Source: the human T2T-CHM13v2.0 reference genome, Homo sapiens. From it: a stretch of 64,000 nucleotides of DNA. The stretch covers positions 25,248,001 to 25,312,000 of the forward strand of contig CP068257.2 in NCBI GenBank assembly GCA_009914755.4, read 5' to 3'. Position 1 is the stretch's first letter; every line of letters starts with the position of its first letter. The notes beneath the pieces were generated by a model, which was given only the letters and a program-made list of their open reading frames with translations, searched no databases and had not been told where the DNA came from. Positions 1-16,009 of the stretch are shown piece after piece. The position numbers and the translations under genes are program-made.

Positions 1-795
1 TCTCTCTCTGTGTGTGTGTTTTCGAAGAAGAGCTCAACCTTGAGAAAGTCCACATTTCTGTGTAGGATAAGATAGAGATGAGACATTAGACAAAACGGGT
101 GAAAAGTACTTTTTGAAAACCGAATGAGTATTTTCTGTGCACAATCTGATTCTGTTATTACAAGTATTAGACATGTTATAGGATGACTTTATAAACCTAT
201 ACGATTGATGTTTACAGCTTACCTTAGAACTTCTCAGTTTTTCTTTTCCCAAGCTAGACAGATACCCCAGAAAATAAAATAATGATTATAGTGCTTTTAC
301 TTACATTTATTATGGGAAGGGGTAATTCCTCAAATTGGAACTAAAATTGGAAATCAGATAGCATAGCTGCTTAAGGAGTAACTAAACTATTTGAATTTGT
401 CACACAGAAAAAAGATCTGACACATTCCTTTTGCTTCAAAAATGTTTTTCTGTCCTTACTGCTAGAAGAATTGATACGCTGTCAGGAATATTGAACACAT
501 TAAATATTGGCTTTTGAGTTAGGCAAGACAACTTCTTTAATTCTTTCCAAAAATGAGTTTCTATGTTATTATTGTGGCCAGGGATGTAGCCAAAGATGTG
601 AGCCAAACTGCCTGGGCTTGCATCCTAGCTCTCACCTATGGAATCAGTTGCCATTCATAAATTGCAAAAAATGCAAAAAAAACAGTGGTCTTTGCAGAGC
701 TATATCTATATATACTAGTTGATAAAGAAAAACCTGGAATTTTTATTTTATTAGTTACTCTTTCATTTGATGGTTCTGAAGAGAGTTATAAGAGT

Positions 796-918
796 GTGAG
801 TGCGTGTGTGTGTGCTTACATATCTATGTATACATATAAGTGCATGTATATATGTGTAAGTGGAAATATTTATTTACTGTATTTTATGTATGTATCTTGT
901 GTGTGTGTATGTGTGTGA
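796..918. repeat. Imperfect (TG)n/(TA)n compound microsatellite.
   Basis: It runs gtgtgagtgcgtgtgtgtgtgcttacatatctatgtatacatataagtgcatgtatatatgtgtaag...ttgtgtgtgtgtatgtgtgtg. Confidence 0.9.
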
Positions 919-1092
919 CAGACTCTCACTCTGCTGCTCAGGCTACAGTGCAGTGGTGCGATCGTGTGTCACAGCAGCCCTGAGGGCCCCAGGCTCAGGT
1001 CATCCTCCCAAGTAGCCTCTGCCTCCCAAGTAGCTGAGACTGCAGGTGTGTGCCACCAGACCTGGCTAATTTTTGTATTTTTTAAAAATAAA
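917..1092 (-). mobile_element. Alu fragment (right-monomer portion) in minus orientation, next to a (TG)n tract.
   Basis: It reads as the reverse complement of the Alu consensus, ...gtctcgctctg..caggctggagtgcagtggtgcgatc...gcctcccaagtagctg...ggctaatttttgtatttttt. Confidence 0.8.
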
Positions 1093-1841
1093 GATGACAG
1101 TTGTAATAAATTGAGTGAATAGTCATAATATTATCAAGCTATCCTGAGAGGAAAATCTCAGGTGAGTATCATAATGTTGCTACCCCAACCCATTTCACAT
1201 GGAATACAGTTATAGCAGGCTTAAACCACTTTTGTTTTAACTCCTTTGCCAAGCATTGTCACTTTTTGTAGTAGAGTTGAGATGATTAGGTAGGTAGAAC
1301 CCAACAGAACCCAAGACTGACCCTTGTTTACAATGGAGGTGAGTGTTGAGATGCTGCCCCATAACTGCCATCAAGACTAACTGCTGATATGGAATATGGA
1401 ATGGCATGTTAGTGATGAATGCTTAGTAATTCAATTTTTAGAAAGATTTGTTTTAGCATTTCCTTAGTCATCTCTACCTTCCTTCTAGCCTGTCATTTGT
1501 TCAAGGTGATGGAGGGTATGTGATAACTTGGAGAAATTGTTTGAACTGAATTAATCAGACTACTATTGGCAATAATATTGTGTGGCTCTTTGAGTGTTTT
1601 TTAGATTATTTCAGGAGATGTTTGAAATGAAACTTACTGGCCCTGAAGCCATTTTGAGTTACCTACCAAATTAAGAAATGGTATTCCCTGAGAAATGGAC
1701 ATAAAATTGCACTGCATTCCTAGTTATATTTTCTGATAAATTTTCATGGAAAGTAGGTGTCCTTGGATTTTATAACAGATGAATAAATTCCCAACTACAA
1801 AACGTCATTTCCAGCTTTATTCCAGTTTCCAATACGATGAC

Positions 1842-2396
1842 TGTGATGGTTAATATTGACTGTCAACTTGATTGGATTGAAGTGCAAAGTATTATTCCTG
1901 GGTGTGTCTGTGAGGGTGTTGCCAAAGGAGATGAACATTTGAGTCAGTGGACTTGGTGAGGCAGATCCACCCTCAATTTGGGTGGGCACCATCTAATCAG
2001 CTGCCAGTGTGGCTGAATAAAGCAGGCAAGAGAAGATGGAAGACAAGACTTGCTGAGTCTTCAGCCTTCATCTTTCTCTCAAGCTGGATGCTTCCTGCAT
2101 TCGAACCAGGGACTCCAAGTTCTTCAGCTTTTGGACTCTTGGAGTTATACCAGTGGTTTGCTAGGGGCTCTCCAGCCTTTGACCATAGACTGAAGGCTGC
2201 ACTGTTGGTTTCCCTACTTTTGAGTTTTTGGGACTCGGACTGATTCACCACTGGCTTCCTTGGTCCCCAACTTGCAGACAGCCTATCATGGGACTTTACC
2301 TTGTGATCGTGTGAGTCATTTCTCTTTAATAAACACCCTTTCATGTATACATATATTCTATTAGTTCTGTCCCTCTAGAGAACCCTGACTAATACA
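1842..2396 (+). mobile_element. ERVL-MaLR solo LTR of the MLT1 type.
   Basis: It starts tgtgatggttaatattgactgtcaacttgattgg and ends ...ctattagttctgtccctctagagaaccctgactaataca, both typical of MLT1/MaLR LTR termini. The ORFs at 1947..2243 and 1997..2344 lie inside it. Confidence 0.7.
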
Positions 2397-5300
2397 ATGA
2401 CCTTGTATGATTTTTATTCTAGGGAAAGGAGAGGGAGCAGAAAAAGGAATTGTAATAAGTAACCATGAGAAAGTTTTAAAATCATACCTTCTTTTTAGCA
2501 TTTACAGTTCCTGTGTTGCCATGTCCTGATTTGGGGAGGAAAATACCAGTGATACTACTTGGGGTCTGAGAGGTTTACAGTGGATTTTTCACTCGGATAT
2601 CTATATCTATCTATCTATATATACATATATATCTCAAAACTATTCAGGACTCTCTAAATTCTTCTCATGGATTCATCATCAATTCATGCCACAGTGAGAA
2701 CTTCATTCATATATGGCAGCACATCTGGAAACTGGGTGGCAAGGTCAGATTGAAGTCATGGAACATTCCAGGGAGGTCAAACATTCTAAATAGAAGCAGC
2801 TTAACTCAGAATGTTCTTCAGTAAGTGATGATTGTTTTGGCTTCTGCAGTAGCCTCATTGATGATCTGCCATTAAGAAGCTTTCAACAAGCAAATTTTTC
2901 AAAAACTTGACCTTCTGAAAGGAGGGTAAGAATTTCATTAACTGTAAGCATTAGACCATGAGCACATTATGCTTTAAATTCAGAATGTTTCTCAGAAAGT
3001 CTCACATCATCATTATTCTTTGGTTTTAGCATGACTTTGTCCAATATAGTAGCCATTAGCCACATGTGACTATTGAGCACTTGAAATGAATGTAACTAGT
3101 GAGACTGAGGAACTGAATTTTTAATTTTTAAAAAATTTTACTTTATTCAATTAAAAAATTGAATATAACATATATCATTCATATTTTTATATTGATCATA
3201 TGTTAAAATAGTTGTATTTTGAATATATTGAGTTAAATAATGTGCATTACTATTAATAATTTTACCTGTTCTTTACACATTTTTGTTAATGTGACCACCA
3301 CAAAATTTAAAATTACATATGTGGCTTGTATTATATTTCTATTAGGCCAGTTCTGCCTTTTACTTGTTGGAGACTCAAAGGTGTCTAATTTACTTAGATA
3401 CATAATCTGTCTTCCTTTTTTCACCTCTAGAGTGATGGTATATAATTGTTTTCATTAATTGATTTAATAGCTGGTTTCAGAAGAAATGACTCTGATTCTT
3501 CCATCCAATCATCTAATTACTTGAGAATATCTTGCTTTTTCTGAGAACAAATTCACTATTATCAGATAGTCGAGGTCACTATTATAATGCTCTGTTATTT
3601 CTTTTTCCCTTAGCCCCCTTTAATTCTCAAGGCTAACCCATGCAACAGTCATAGGCATGTCATTAAAAAATATTTTTGTTCATAGTTTTGATTCAATAAT
3701 ACCTCCAGGATGTCTTAATTATATCTGCTTTAGTCCAGCTAGTACATTGCTTCCTCCGGATTTCTGATATTCTTGACCTTAAACTTCTTGTCTCATTTCA
3801 CATGCTCTTGTTGATCTTGATCTAAATTACTTCCCATGTCTTTTCTCAGAATTCTGCTTTCTAAGTAATATCCTCTCAATTCCACACCTTGATTGTTGGA
3901 ACCCAGAATGGTGCAAAGCTGGATGCAAAGGCTATTGTAGGTGCTGGATACAGCTCCATAGGAAGACATGGCTTCTGACCTTATGTGACCCACAGTCTAG
4001 TGGGGGAAACACAAAGTAAACATGTGTGTTTCTTTTCCAGGATGCTAGAACCTGCCTTTCCTGTAAGCTCAGAGAGGAGAAGTAGCTGGGCATTTATTTC
4101 TCCCTGGGAACAGCCCTTGGCTAATAACTGATACATTAAGGAATAGAAATACTCCATCCCCTAATCAGGACACCTCTAAGCTGAGAACAACACGGAATGC
4201 AAACTGCCTCTGGATTATTGAGCCTAAGATACATTCTGCTGGGCTATGCTTGCTATCACAGCCTTCCTTGGTCTCCTTCCTCTTCTGGTCCCAACTCCTT
4301 CCTCCTTTACTTCTGTCCTGGGAATACTTCAAATAAGCCACTTTACCCCTAAATCCTCATTTCAGTATGATGCTTCTGGGGAATCCAACCCTGTATCAGT
4401 AATTTTAGGTACTGAAATTGGTTCTAGGAAGCCAACTTTTAGGATGAGACTTAGAATTAAATCACTCAATGCCCAGATGGCAACAGAGAAGCTGTTGTTT
4501 GTGGTGAGTGAAGGGATGATATCCTCTGGCCTGCTGTAGCATTAAATTGTTGATATTTTTACCTGTGGTGAGTTGGGATGGAATACAAGTGAAAAGGGAT
4601 GCACTGGACCACACAGCAGCTATGAAATTTAATACTTTTGTAATTTGATAGTAATTATAAGAAGGATGGGGTTGTTTAGTGGCTGCTAATTGATGTACTG
4701 CAGAAAGAAAACACTGTGCTTTGGTTAGTCAATTGCCAGTTCATGGGGAAGAAGGAGATCAAGAATTCTGTTTCACAGATATTTAGTTTGTATCTGAGGG
4801 CGATTTTAAGGAGAGTTCATATATCTGCAGATTGGGTCAAAAGCAGAAAAATAAATTTTCAAATCATCCCTCTTTACATGGTATTTAAGACAATTTGTAT
4901 TAATAAGAGTTAATACTAGCAAACAACACTAAAAGGGATCATCTCAAGAAGAAAAGAATATTGAATGGATGTTGGGTCATTCAAAGAATTGCCAGGATAT
5001 CTCAGGGAATTGTCAGGAACAAAGAGGGCTGGCAAGAGCCAGAATTGCAAGACCACGATAATGGCACAGATTCTCTCCAAAGAGGACACTGCTACTGCCA
5101 TGATGCAACTGAGTATCTCAGCTTATACAATCTCTACTTCTAGCTCTGATTCCTGGATGCCACCATAGATAGGCATCTCAGCTACTGGTGCCCTGGATAA
5201 TGAGTGTAGCTGCAGCTGACATTAGAAAGAATTCCCTATGGACTCTGTTTGTTCTATCTCACAAGCTCCAAATTTGAAGATTGGTGGATTTTTGTGATTA

Positions 5301-6692
5301 GACAAGCCAAGGCCATGCTGCCTTGTGTCCCACATAAGACACCAGTGCAGCGTGTCCTCTTTGAAACTCAGGATAACGTTTTTGAGATTCAGCCAAACTG
5401 TTGCATGTATCATGCAAATTCATTATTTTCTATTTCTGAGTAGTATTCCATTGTGTAGGGACACAACAGTTTGTTTATATCCTAGTATATCCTTGCCTTC
5501 ATTGAGTTCTCAAAGTTTTTTTTTTTTATAGTTCTCTTTTAGAAGCTGAATAGCTTTAGCTTTAACATTTAGGTTTATGATCCAGTCTGAGAAAATTTTC
5601 TGTATATTTAATAGTATGAAATATTGAAGTTTTTTTCCACATAGATATCCATTTGCTTCACTACTATTTTTGAAAAAACGATCCTTTTCCCATTGTATTT
5701 CTGTAGCACATTTATTGAAACATAACACTGTGCCCCGCAAATACATACAATTATTATGTGTCAGTTAAGAATAAAATTAAAATACAAAAATAAAAGAAAA
5801 CGACCATATATATGTGTATATACTTCTAAAGTTTCTATTCTGTTCCATTGAGTGATATGTTGATACAATTGACATTATCACCTTTGTGATCACTACAGCT
5901 TTGTGGTGAGTCTTAAATTGCATTAGTACACTACCTCCAACTTTTTTCTTTAAAAAAATTTTTCTTGCCTATTCTAATCATTTGAATTTCAAAATAAATA
6001 TTTGAATCAGCTTATTAGTTAGAAGGAAAAAGCTCTGCTGAAATTATGATTAGAATGATCAATACATCAACTTGGGAAAATTGACTTTTTAATATTGTGT
6101 TCTAATGAACATAATATATCTCTTCATTTAATTTTTCATAATTCCTCTCAGCAATGTTTTGTAATTTTTACAATAGAAGTCATGCATTATTTATATCCAT
6201 AGCTAAATATTTTATGCTATTGAAATTATTTTTAAACATTTCAATATGCCATTATTAGTTGCTAATATATAGAATTATAATTAATTTTTAAAATATTGAT
6301 CTTCTATCCTATATTCTTACATTATTTTAAATTTATAGGATATTCTGAGTAGATATTTTGTAGCTTCTTTAATTTTTTTTATGCTTATTATCATACTGTC
6401 TTCCAGTAAAGAAAGTTTTGTTTTATTCCCAATTTGCTAGGAGCATTTATCATGATTAGTTATTGAATGTTGTCAAATAGTTTTTTCTCCATTTAGTGAG
6501 ATAGCATATTATTTCTTTCTCTCCTCTGTTAATATCACAAATTACCTTGATTTGCTATTCAACTATTAACCAAACTTGAAATATTGTGATAAGCCCAAAT
6601 TGGTCATGTGGCACTAAATTTTTGTTTTGCTGGATTTTACTTGCTAATCTTTGGTAAAGACTTTTGTGTTTATGTTTATAAGGTATATTGGT

Positions 6693-8855
<2,163 letters not shown>

Positions 8856-9083
8856 TAAAATGAATTGGAAATTATTCCCCCCTCTAATTCTAATTAACGA
8901 GTTCATGTAAAACTATTGTTTTCTTTCTTCAATGTTTAATAGAATTCAGCAGTGAAAGACATTCTGCCTACCCAATGCTTCTTTTTTTTACTAGTATTCA
9001 ATAATATGATTAAAATATGGCTTCTGTGGTTTTCTTTGTCTTTATCCTCTTTGTTGAGTTTCTCAGAACTGCAGATTTATAGT

Positions 9084-9454
9084 TGTATTAGTCCATTTTC
9101 ACATTGCTAAAAGGAAATACATGAGACCGGGTAATTTACAAAGGAAAGAGGTTTAATTGACTCACAGTCGGGCCTGAGCAGGCCCAAGGAAACTTACAAT
9201 CATGGTGGAAGGCTAAGGGGAGGCAGGCACTTTCTTCACAAGATGGCTGGAGAAAGAAGCGCTGAATTGAAGGGGGAAGAATCCCTTATAAAACCATCAG
9301 ACCTCGTGAGAACTCACTGTCACAAGAACAGCATGGGGGAAACTACCCCCATGATTCAATTACCTCCATGTGGTCTCTCACTTGACACATGGGGATTATG
9401 GGGATTACAATTCAAGATGAAATTTGGGTGGGGACAGAAAGTCTAACCATATCA
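9084..9454 (-). mobile_element. Solo LTR of the THE1/MST (ERVL-MaLR) type in minus orientation, flanked by a 5-bp target-site duplication ATAGT.
   Basis: On the plus strand it starts tgtattagtccattttcac...gggtaatttac and ends ...gggattacaattcaagatgaaatttgggtggggacagaaagtctaaccatatca, the reverse complement of a THE1 LTR. ATAGT sits at 9079-9083 and again at 9455-9459. ORF 9243..9446 lies inside it. Confidence 0.85.
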
Positions 9455-11765
9455 ATAGTTTTCATCAAAGTTGGAGAAAATTTGACTATTATTGCTTTAA
9501 TCTGACCTTTCCTCCTCTTTTTCTGGAAGTCCAGTTGTCCCACAGGTAAGTGAGACTGTATTTATTTTTCAAGATTTTTTCCTTTCAGTATTTTTGTTTG
9601 CATACTTTCGTTGCTATGTCTTCAAGTTCATTGGTCTTTTATTATATGGTCTGTTATCTACTACAAAGTCCATCCATTTAATTTTTTCTCCCAGATATTA
9701 TGCTTGTCAACTCTATGAAGTACATTTGTTTTCCCAAGTCTTCCACTGCTCTAGTACCTTGTTTTCTTTTAAATCCTTAAGACTATGTATAATGTTTTAA
9801 TGTACTTGTCTGCTACTTCCATCATCTCTAATTTGTTTGGTTCTATCACGTTTCTCATGATTATGAGTCATAAATTCCTGCTTCATGTTCAGTAGTTTTT
9901 ATATGATATTGGACATTGTGAAATTATGGTGATAAGTGTGTGGATCTTGCTGTCTTCATGTAAAGAGTGTTGAAGTATATTTTGGCAGAAAATTTAATCA
10001 TTTGTGCATTATTTTGAACTTTATCTCTCATCTTTTTAAGGGTGGCATATAGTAGCCCTACTATGAAGTACCCTCTGCATTTTCTTTTAAATGCCTCAGA
10101 CATTCAACAAAGTATCCCCTTTTGGCTTGATCAGTGTGAAGTTGTCTCCCATTCCTGTATGATCTTCGGGAATCATTCAGCTTACAGCTGCGCAGTAGCT
10201 TTTCATTTTTGTACAGGCTCATGGAGTTTTACCCTATTCATTACTTAGTTTTACCTCATGCATATATTGCTTAGTGTTCAACCAAGCTATCAAGGGGATC
10301 CATGCAGATTTCTAGAGCTATTTACTCTTTCTTGCAAGTTCAGCTGCTTCAGCCTTTCTGAACTCTAATTGCTGTTCCATCAACTAGGTGAGACTGTCAT
10401 GCTTGGTTTGGGCTCCCCTTATCTGCTCTGAAATTAAGAAAGGTGTTTCCAGGAAGAAAGTGCAGTGATTATATAGTTCACCTCTTTTGTTTCCCTTTTT
10501 TAAAGCAATGCAGTCCTGTACTTCCAGCTGTCCAATGCCTGAAAATAGCTGTTTTACATATTTTGTCAGTTTTCTAGTTGTTTTTAGTGGGAAAGCAAGT
10601 TCAATTTCTGTGATTGTGTCATAAGCTGAAATAGCTGTTCTTTCTTAACTTTTAAACCTCTATCTTGAAATTTAAAACTGTGTCAAAATAATAATTGGTA
10701 ATATACTTTCAAAATCCAAATGGTCATCAAATATGCTGGTCTTAAGTGAAATTAGCAATCTAGCATTTTATTTTGGGAATGCCTAGATACCTCTGACTGT
10801 CAAAATAATAATATGGCTTCAATTTTTGATAGTGACATCAAAAAATAAAACCTTTTACCAAATAAATCCCCCAAATCAGAATAGCAAAGTCTTTTGTATT
10901 CCTCAAATCAGTCAAAGGTGTTTTGTTTTAATTTTTCATTTATAGTTTCAGAGAAAAATTTATATTCTTTAGAATATATTTGTAGTAGTTGGTGTTCTCA
11001 TTTCTTTTTCTTATTTTACATACTAGAATCATACTCTTGCATCAAATTCAAAAGCAAATATACAAAAAGACAGGATAAAAATCGACCATCAGCCAAAAAA
11101 AAAACCCAGTATTTAATCTAAACTCCTTTGCTCTTTTTTCTTGAATTATTTTGCCATACAAGTAAATGAACACAAAAGAGACAATCAAGTATTCCCTGGC
11201 TGATAATGTATAAAGATGAATTTCAACACTTCTCTTTGGAAGCTTTAAGTAATGTTCAGTCCTGAAACAGGACTTTAAAGGGATCCATTTTCATTCACAG
11301 TCACATAGATAGAGTCAATGCTTTAACTTTGGTCACAATCTCATTTTGGTCCCTTTGTCTGATCTCTCATTCCTTAAGTTGTGTCTGCTCCTGCTCTAAA
11401 TCAGACCACATATCACAAAGGCAGCACAGGGATTTGTGGGTGGAACAATCCCAAGTTTCCTACTGAAGACTAGCAGTACTGTGTGCTCACTGAGTCTCTG
11501 AAGCTCAGAGAGGTATTAGTTTTAGTGTTTGCGGTGGGAAGGGCAGGGACAGGAGAGGTTGGGCATGGTACCATGCTCACTATGGTAAGGCATAGAGAAG
11601 TGTCACATGGAAATGTGAAGTGTTGTGAGGACATCAATGTGAACTTGGTCTTTTTGAACCAATAGATGAACAGGTGCTGTTGACAGCGTTGGCAAGTAAT
11701 TTGACTTCTGGTCATGAATTATTGATCTCATCCCATAAAAATGCAATGGGGCAGGTGACCACACA

Positions 11766-11883
11766 TTTTTAAATTACTTTTGGCATCATCAGCTTCTGGT
11801 CATCTCTTTATGTAAGTGTTTTCATTTTTAAATTAGATTTGGCATCATCAGCTTCTGGCCATCTCTTTGTGTAAGCGTTTTAT
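11766..11883. repeat. Local tandem duplication: two copies of a 59-bp unit.
   Basis: Copy 1 is tttttaaattacttttggcatcatcagcttctggtcatctctttatgtaagtgttttca. Copy 2 is tttttaaattagatttggcatcatcagcttctggccatctctttgtgtaagcgtttta. They are about 90 percent identical. Confidence 0.9.
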
Positions 11884-12533
11884 CCTACAGGTAAATAAAC
11901 TGACTCCAGCTGTCTTGCGTGTCAACTCTTCCAACAAGCCTGACACTTAGCTATGATTTGGCTGCATACAAACCAAGCACTGTCTCCAACCAACACTTAT
12001 TTTGGCTTCTATTTCCTAGGTCCATGGTATACATGAAAATTTCTCACGTGATTTTAATATAGTTTTATCCGATAGAGCAAACATTGAATCAGCATCTATG
12101 TTGAGTTAGTCAGACAAAGTATGATGCCGTATTTGAATGCATTTATAAAAATAACACTACTATCTTAGGTATAAGAAAGGATTATCATTTTTCTGGGGAT
12201 TTGAGGTTTTAAAAGTGTGTATCTTGAGTGACTGATAACATTTTGTTAGCATTATCTGAGGTCGGGGCATACACTGTGATCATCTTCTCAAGTCTCCTAA
12301 GATTCTTGAGACTAAATTTAGTGAAGTGAACAATAAATGGTTATAGGCTAAGCTATGATGTGAAACTGATTTAGTGGATGAAGATATGACCAGTTTTCAA
12401 GGTGTTTATGCTTTAAACACATTTTTTCTGTTTGGTTGATGTTTTCCCCCTCATTTTCCTATTGCTAGTCAGTTATTCATCTTAGTTCAAAGCTAGCACT
12501 TTAGTACTTTTGGAAAAGGACATAGAGAATAAA

Positions 12534-12880
12534 GGAATGGTTACCAGAGGCTGGGAAGGGTACTAGGGGGTTGAGGGGGAGGTGGGGATGGATCATGCGT
12601 ACAAAAAAAAAGGGAGAAAAGATGAATAAGACCTACTCTTTGATAGCATAATAGGGTGACTATAGCCAATAATAATTTAATTGTATATTTTTAAATAAAT
12701 AATGTAATTGGATTGTTTGGAACTCAAAGGATAAACGCTTGAGGGGATGGATACCCCATTCTCCATGATGTGCTTATTTCACATTGCATGCTTGTATCAA
12801 GACATCTCATGTACCCCATAAATATATACACCTACTGTGTGCCCACAAGAATTTTTTTAAAAATACAAACAATTAAAAAA
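12534..12880 (+). mobile_element. LINE-1 3'-terminal fragment (3' UTR end) in plus orientation.
   Basis: ggttaccagaggctgggaagggtactagggggttgagggggaggtggggatgg...gggtgactatagccaataataatttaattgtatattttt...ggataccccattctccatgatgtg...tgtaccccataaatatatacacctactgtgtgcccacaa matches the L1 3' end consensus. Confidence 0.85.
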
Positions 12881-14951
12881 ATACACAGAAATTCAGAAAA
12901 TTAAAATGAAAGGATATACTGTGGGGCCAAAAACTAAAGCAGTGACTATAAGTGAGGCCGAAGGGCTTCTCAGAAGCAAGAAAGTCTAGATCCCATTTGC
13001 TTTGATGTTTTGGGTAAGGCTTTGTCATTGTTTGCTTCTTGACTCAGCTAGATAGGTCTAGTTAGTATTTAAATTCCAACTTCCAAATCACAAAGTGATC
13101 TCACATTCACTTTGTGACTTTTAACGCTTACATTAGTAATAGGCTTATCAACATTTTGATGCCAGTAGAGGGGACCAATAATTATTGAGATCTAACGGAA
13201 ATAAAATAAAGGTTTAACTTATTTAGTTGATTCTCTCAGATGTTCATATTTAGCCTAGGGAAAATATATTTGCTAAGTTTTTGTTATAGGAGCCACAGGA
13301 ATAAACATTTATTCTCTCTCCCAAAGTTTTCTTCTCACATTCTTTCTGTTTTACTCAGTGACTCTCTGTCTCCCTCTATTTTTATTCATGACTTGATTTT
13401 GTTGGTATATTCAGTTCGTCATTCATTCATTAAATGTGAGTGGAAGTGAAGTTCCATTAGAAGTTTAGCACAAACATGACTGGTTTATTTCAGGGTAAGC
13501 CCATCAACCAAAGGTGGAAAAAATTCCAAAAAAATTCTATTTGCTGGAAAATTTGCTAACAAACTTGGATACGCAAAAGACTTGCTCACAATGTGGGATT
13601 TGAGGGTGGGGGCCCGGGTGGAGAAAATGCAAAATATAATAAACACAACAGACATTCACTGGCATAAAACTGATTGGAGTGCTTTAGGAAAACAAGTTAC
13701 GAGAGAACTATGAAAACAGCTTTGTACTTTGTGAAGTGGAACATTTTAGAGATGCAGATTATAAAGATTGGAACTAATAGCAAAGCCCCAAAATGAGGTT
13801 TTTGTTTTGGGTCTGCACATGCACAATTTATTCTTCATTCAAAAAGAAATTTTAGTTTGCAAACAGGATGTATACCAGACCCCTTAACAATCTAAGTATT
13901 TCATCTACACAGAGGATTAGTATAAACACTTGCCCTTTTATAGTGAAAAAAGGTTAAGCTAAAATGAAACAAATTGCATTTAGCTTATCTTTTTAAAATT
14001 AGAAGAAAAAATATAAATGAAGCATTAGGTTTTTTATTAAAAACATATTTTAGAATGTTTCTTTTTCAGGTATATTTATTTTCTTCTTTCATTTGTTGAC
14101 TTCACCGTGAACTTAAATAAGTTCTTGGCATGTTCTTGGTTTATTTGACTTTTGACTTAACAAGGCAAGGTATGAATTTGAGTCTCTAAATTTGGAAGAA
14201 GTTCTTTGAAGTGAGGCCCTCTTAGCTTCCTGGAGGAAGCGACAATTAAATTTGCCCTTAGGGAAAGGACACAATTTCAGTAACAAAAGGATGGGGTAGA
14301 GTACTCATACAGAGGGGATGGGCCCCTAGAATGCAAGGATGTGGGGGACAGCCAAGTCATGTCAGGTGGTTGAGAGTAACCTCAGGGTGCAGGACATAGG
14401 CAAAGTGGAAGGTAAAGCAGGAAAGTTAGGCTTGCCCACACCCTATCATGTCAGGATTCAGAGGTTTATTTTAATAATTGGCACCTGGTAGCCTTTAACA
14501 GCTTTAAGTAGAGTTCCATGAAAAAGAGTGGATAAGAAAGAAAGAATCACTGAAAAAAAGAGACCAAATATTTATGGAGCTATTCCTCTGTGCTACATAT
14601 TATATAGTTATGCTATATCCCCTATCATGCAGATGGGGAAACTAAAGCTCAGACGTGTTTAAAAACTTGCTAAGATTTATAGATTGATAATTTTGATTCA
14701 CATTTATTGATTGAACAAAACTTAAGCTTCAAGAGGATTCAGGATTCAAGAGAGGATTCAACAGAGGCTTCAAGATGGGAGATCTGGCCTTAGGCATAAG
14801 AGACTGGGAGTGGGGATACTAGATAGATGTGAGCCACTAGCCTGCATCCAGATGAAACTCATAAACTGTATCTAATGTTCCAGAACATAGGGCAAACACC
14901 AGAATTTTTAGTTTTATTATTTTTTTTTTCTGGTTATAAAAGTATATAGGA

Positions 14952-15367
<416 letters not shown>

Positions 15368-15510
15368 TTAAATACAAGAGGCGAACAAGGGCAGAATTTT
15401 CTCTAATTTCATCTCTGGTGTGACAGATTTGAAAAGCATATTCTTGGGTTCCACATTCTAGGTTCCAATCTCTGAGCTTGGACAAGAAAGAAGCCACCAA
15501 GCTGGGGCCT

Positions 15511-15672
15511 GGGGGTGGAGCGAGGTGGCTCACGCCTGTAATCCCAGCTCTTTGGGAGGCCGAGGTTGATGGATGGCCTGAGCTCAGCGGTTTGAGACCA
15601 GCCTGGGCAATATGTTGAAATCCTCTCTCCACCAAAAACACAAAAAATTAGCCAGGCAAGGTGATGCACCTC
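15511..15672 (+). mobile_element. Truncated Alu: the left monomer plus part of the linker.
   Basis: It runs gggtggagcgaggtggctcacgcctgtaatcccagctctttgggaggccgagg...accaaaaacacaaaaaattagccaggcaaggtg. Confidence 0.8.
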
Positions 15673-16009
15673 CTTTTGGCTTTTAGATCAAGACTAGAAA
15701 ACTCCCCTAAATGAAATGAAACTTGATGGAGGCTAGCTCCTCTCTTTATTGCAAAAATCATCGTCTGGATTGACAATTTTTTTCCTCTCAAAGATGAGCA
15801 ACTAAACACCAAACCAAAGCATATAGTCTATGAAAAAAATTCTAGAACAAGGAATGAGAACATTGTCATAAAGATGTACAGAAATAATTTGTTTCACTGC
15901 TTCACTTTGGAAATCTCCTGAGGAGAAAAAGAAAATAAAACAAAACAAAATGCCTGTGTCTCAACCCAGAGCTTCTGATTTAGTTGGTCTGGAGTGAGGC
16001 CTGGATGTT

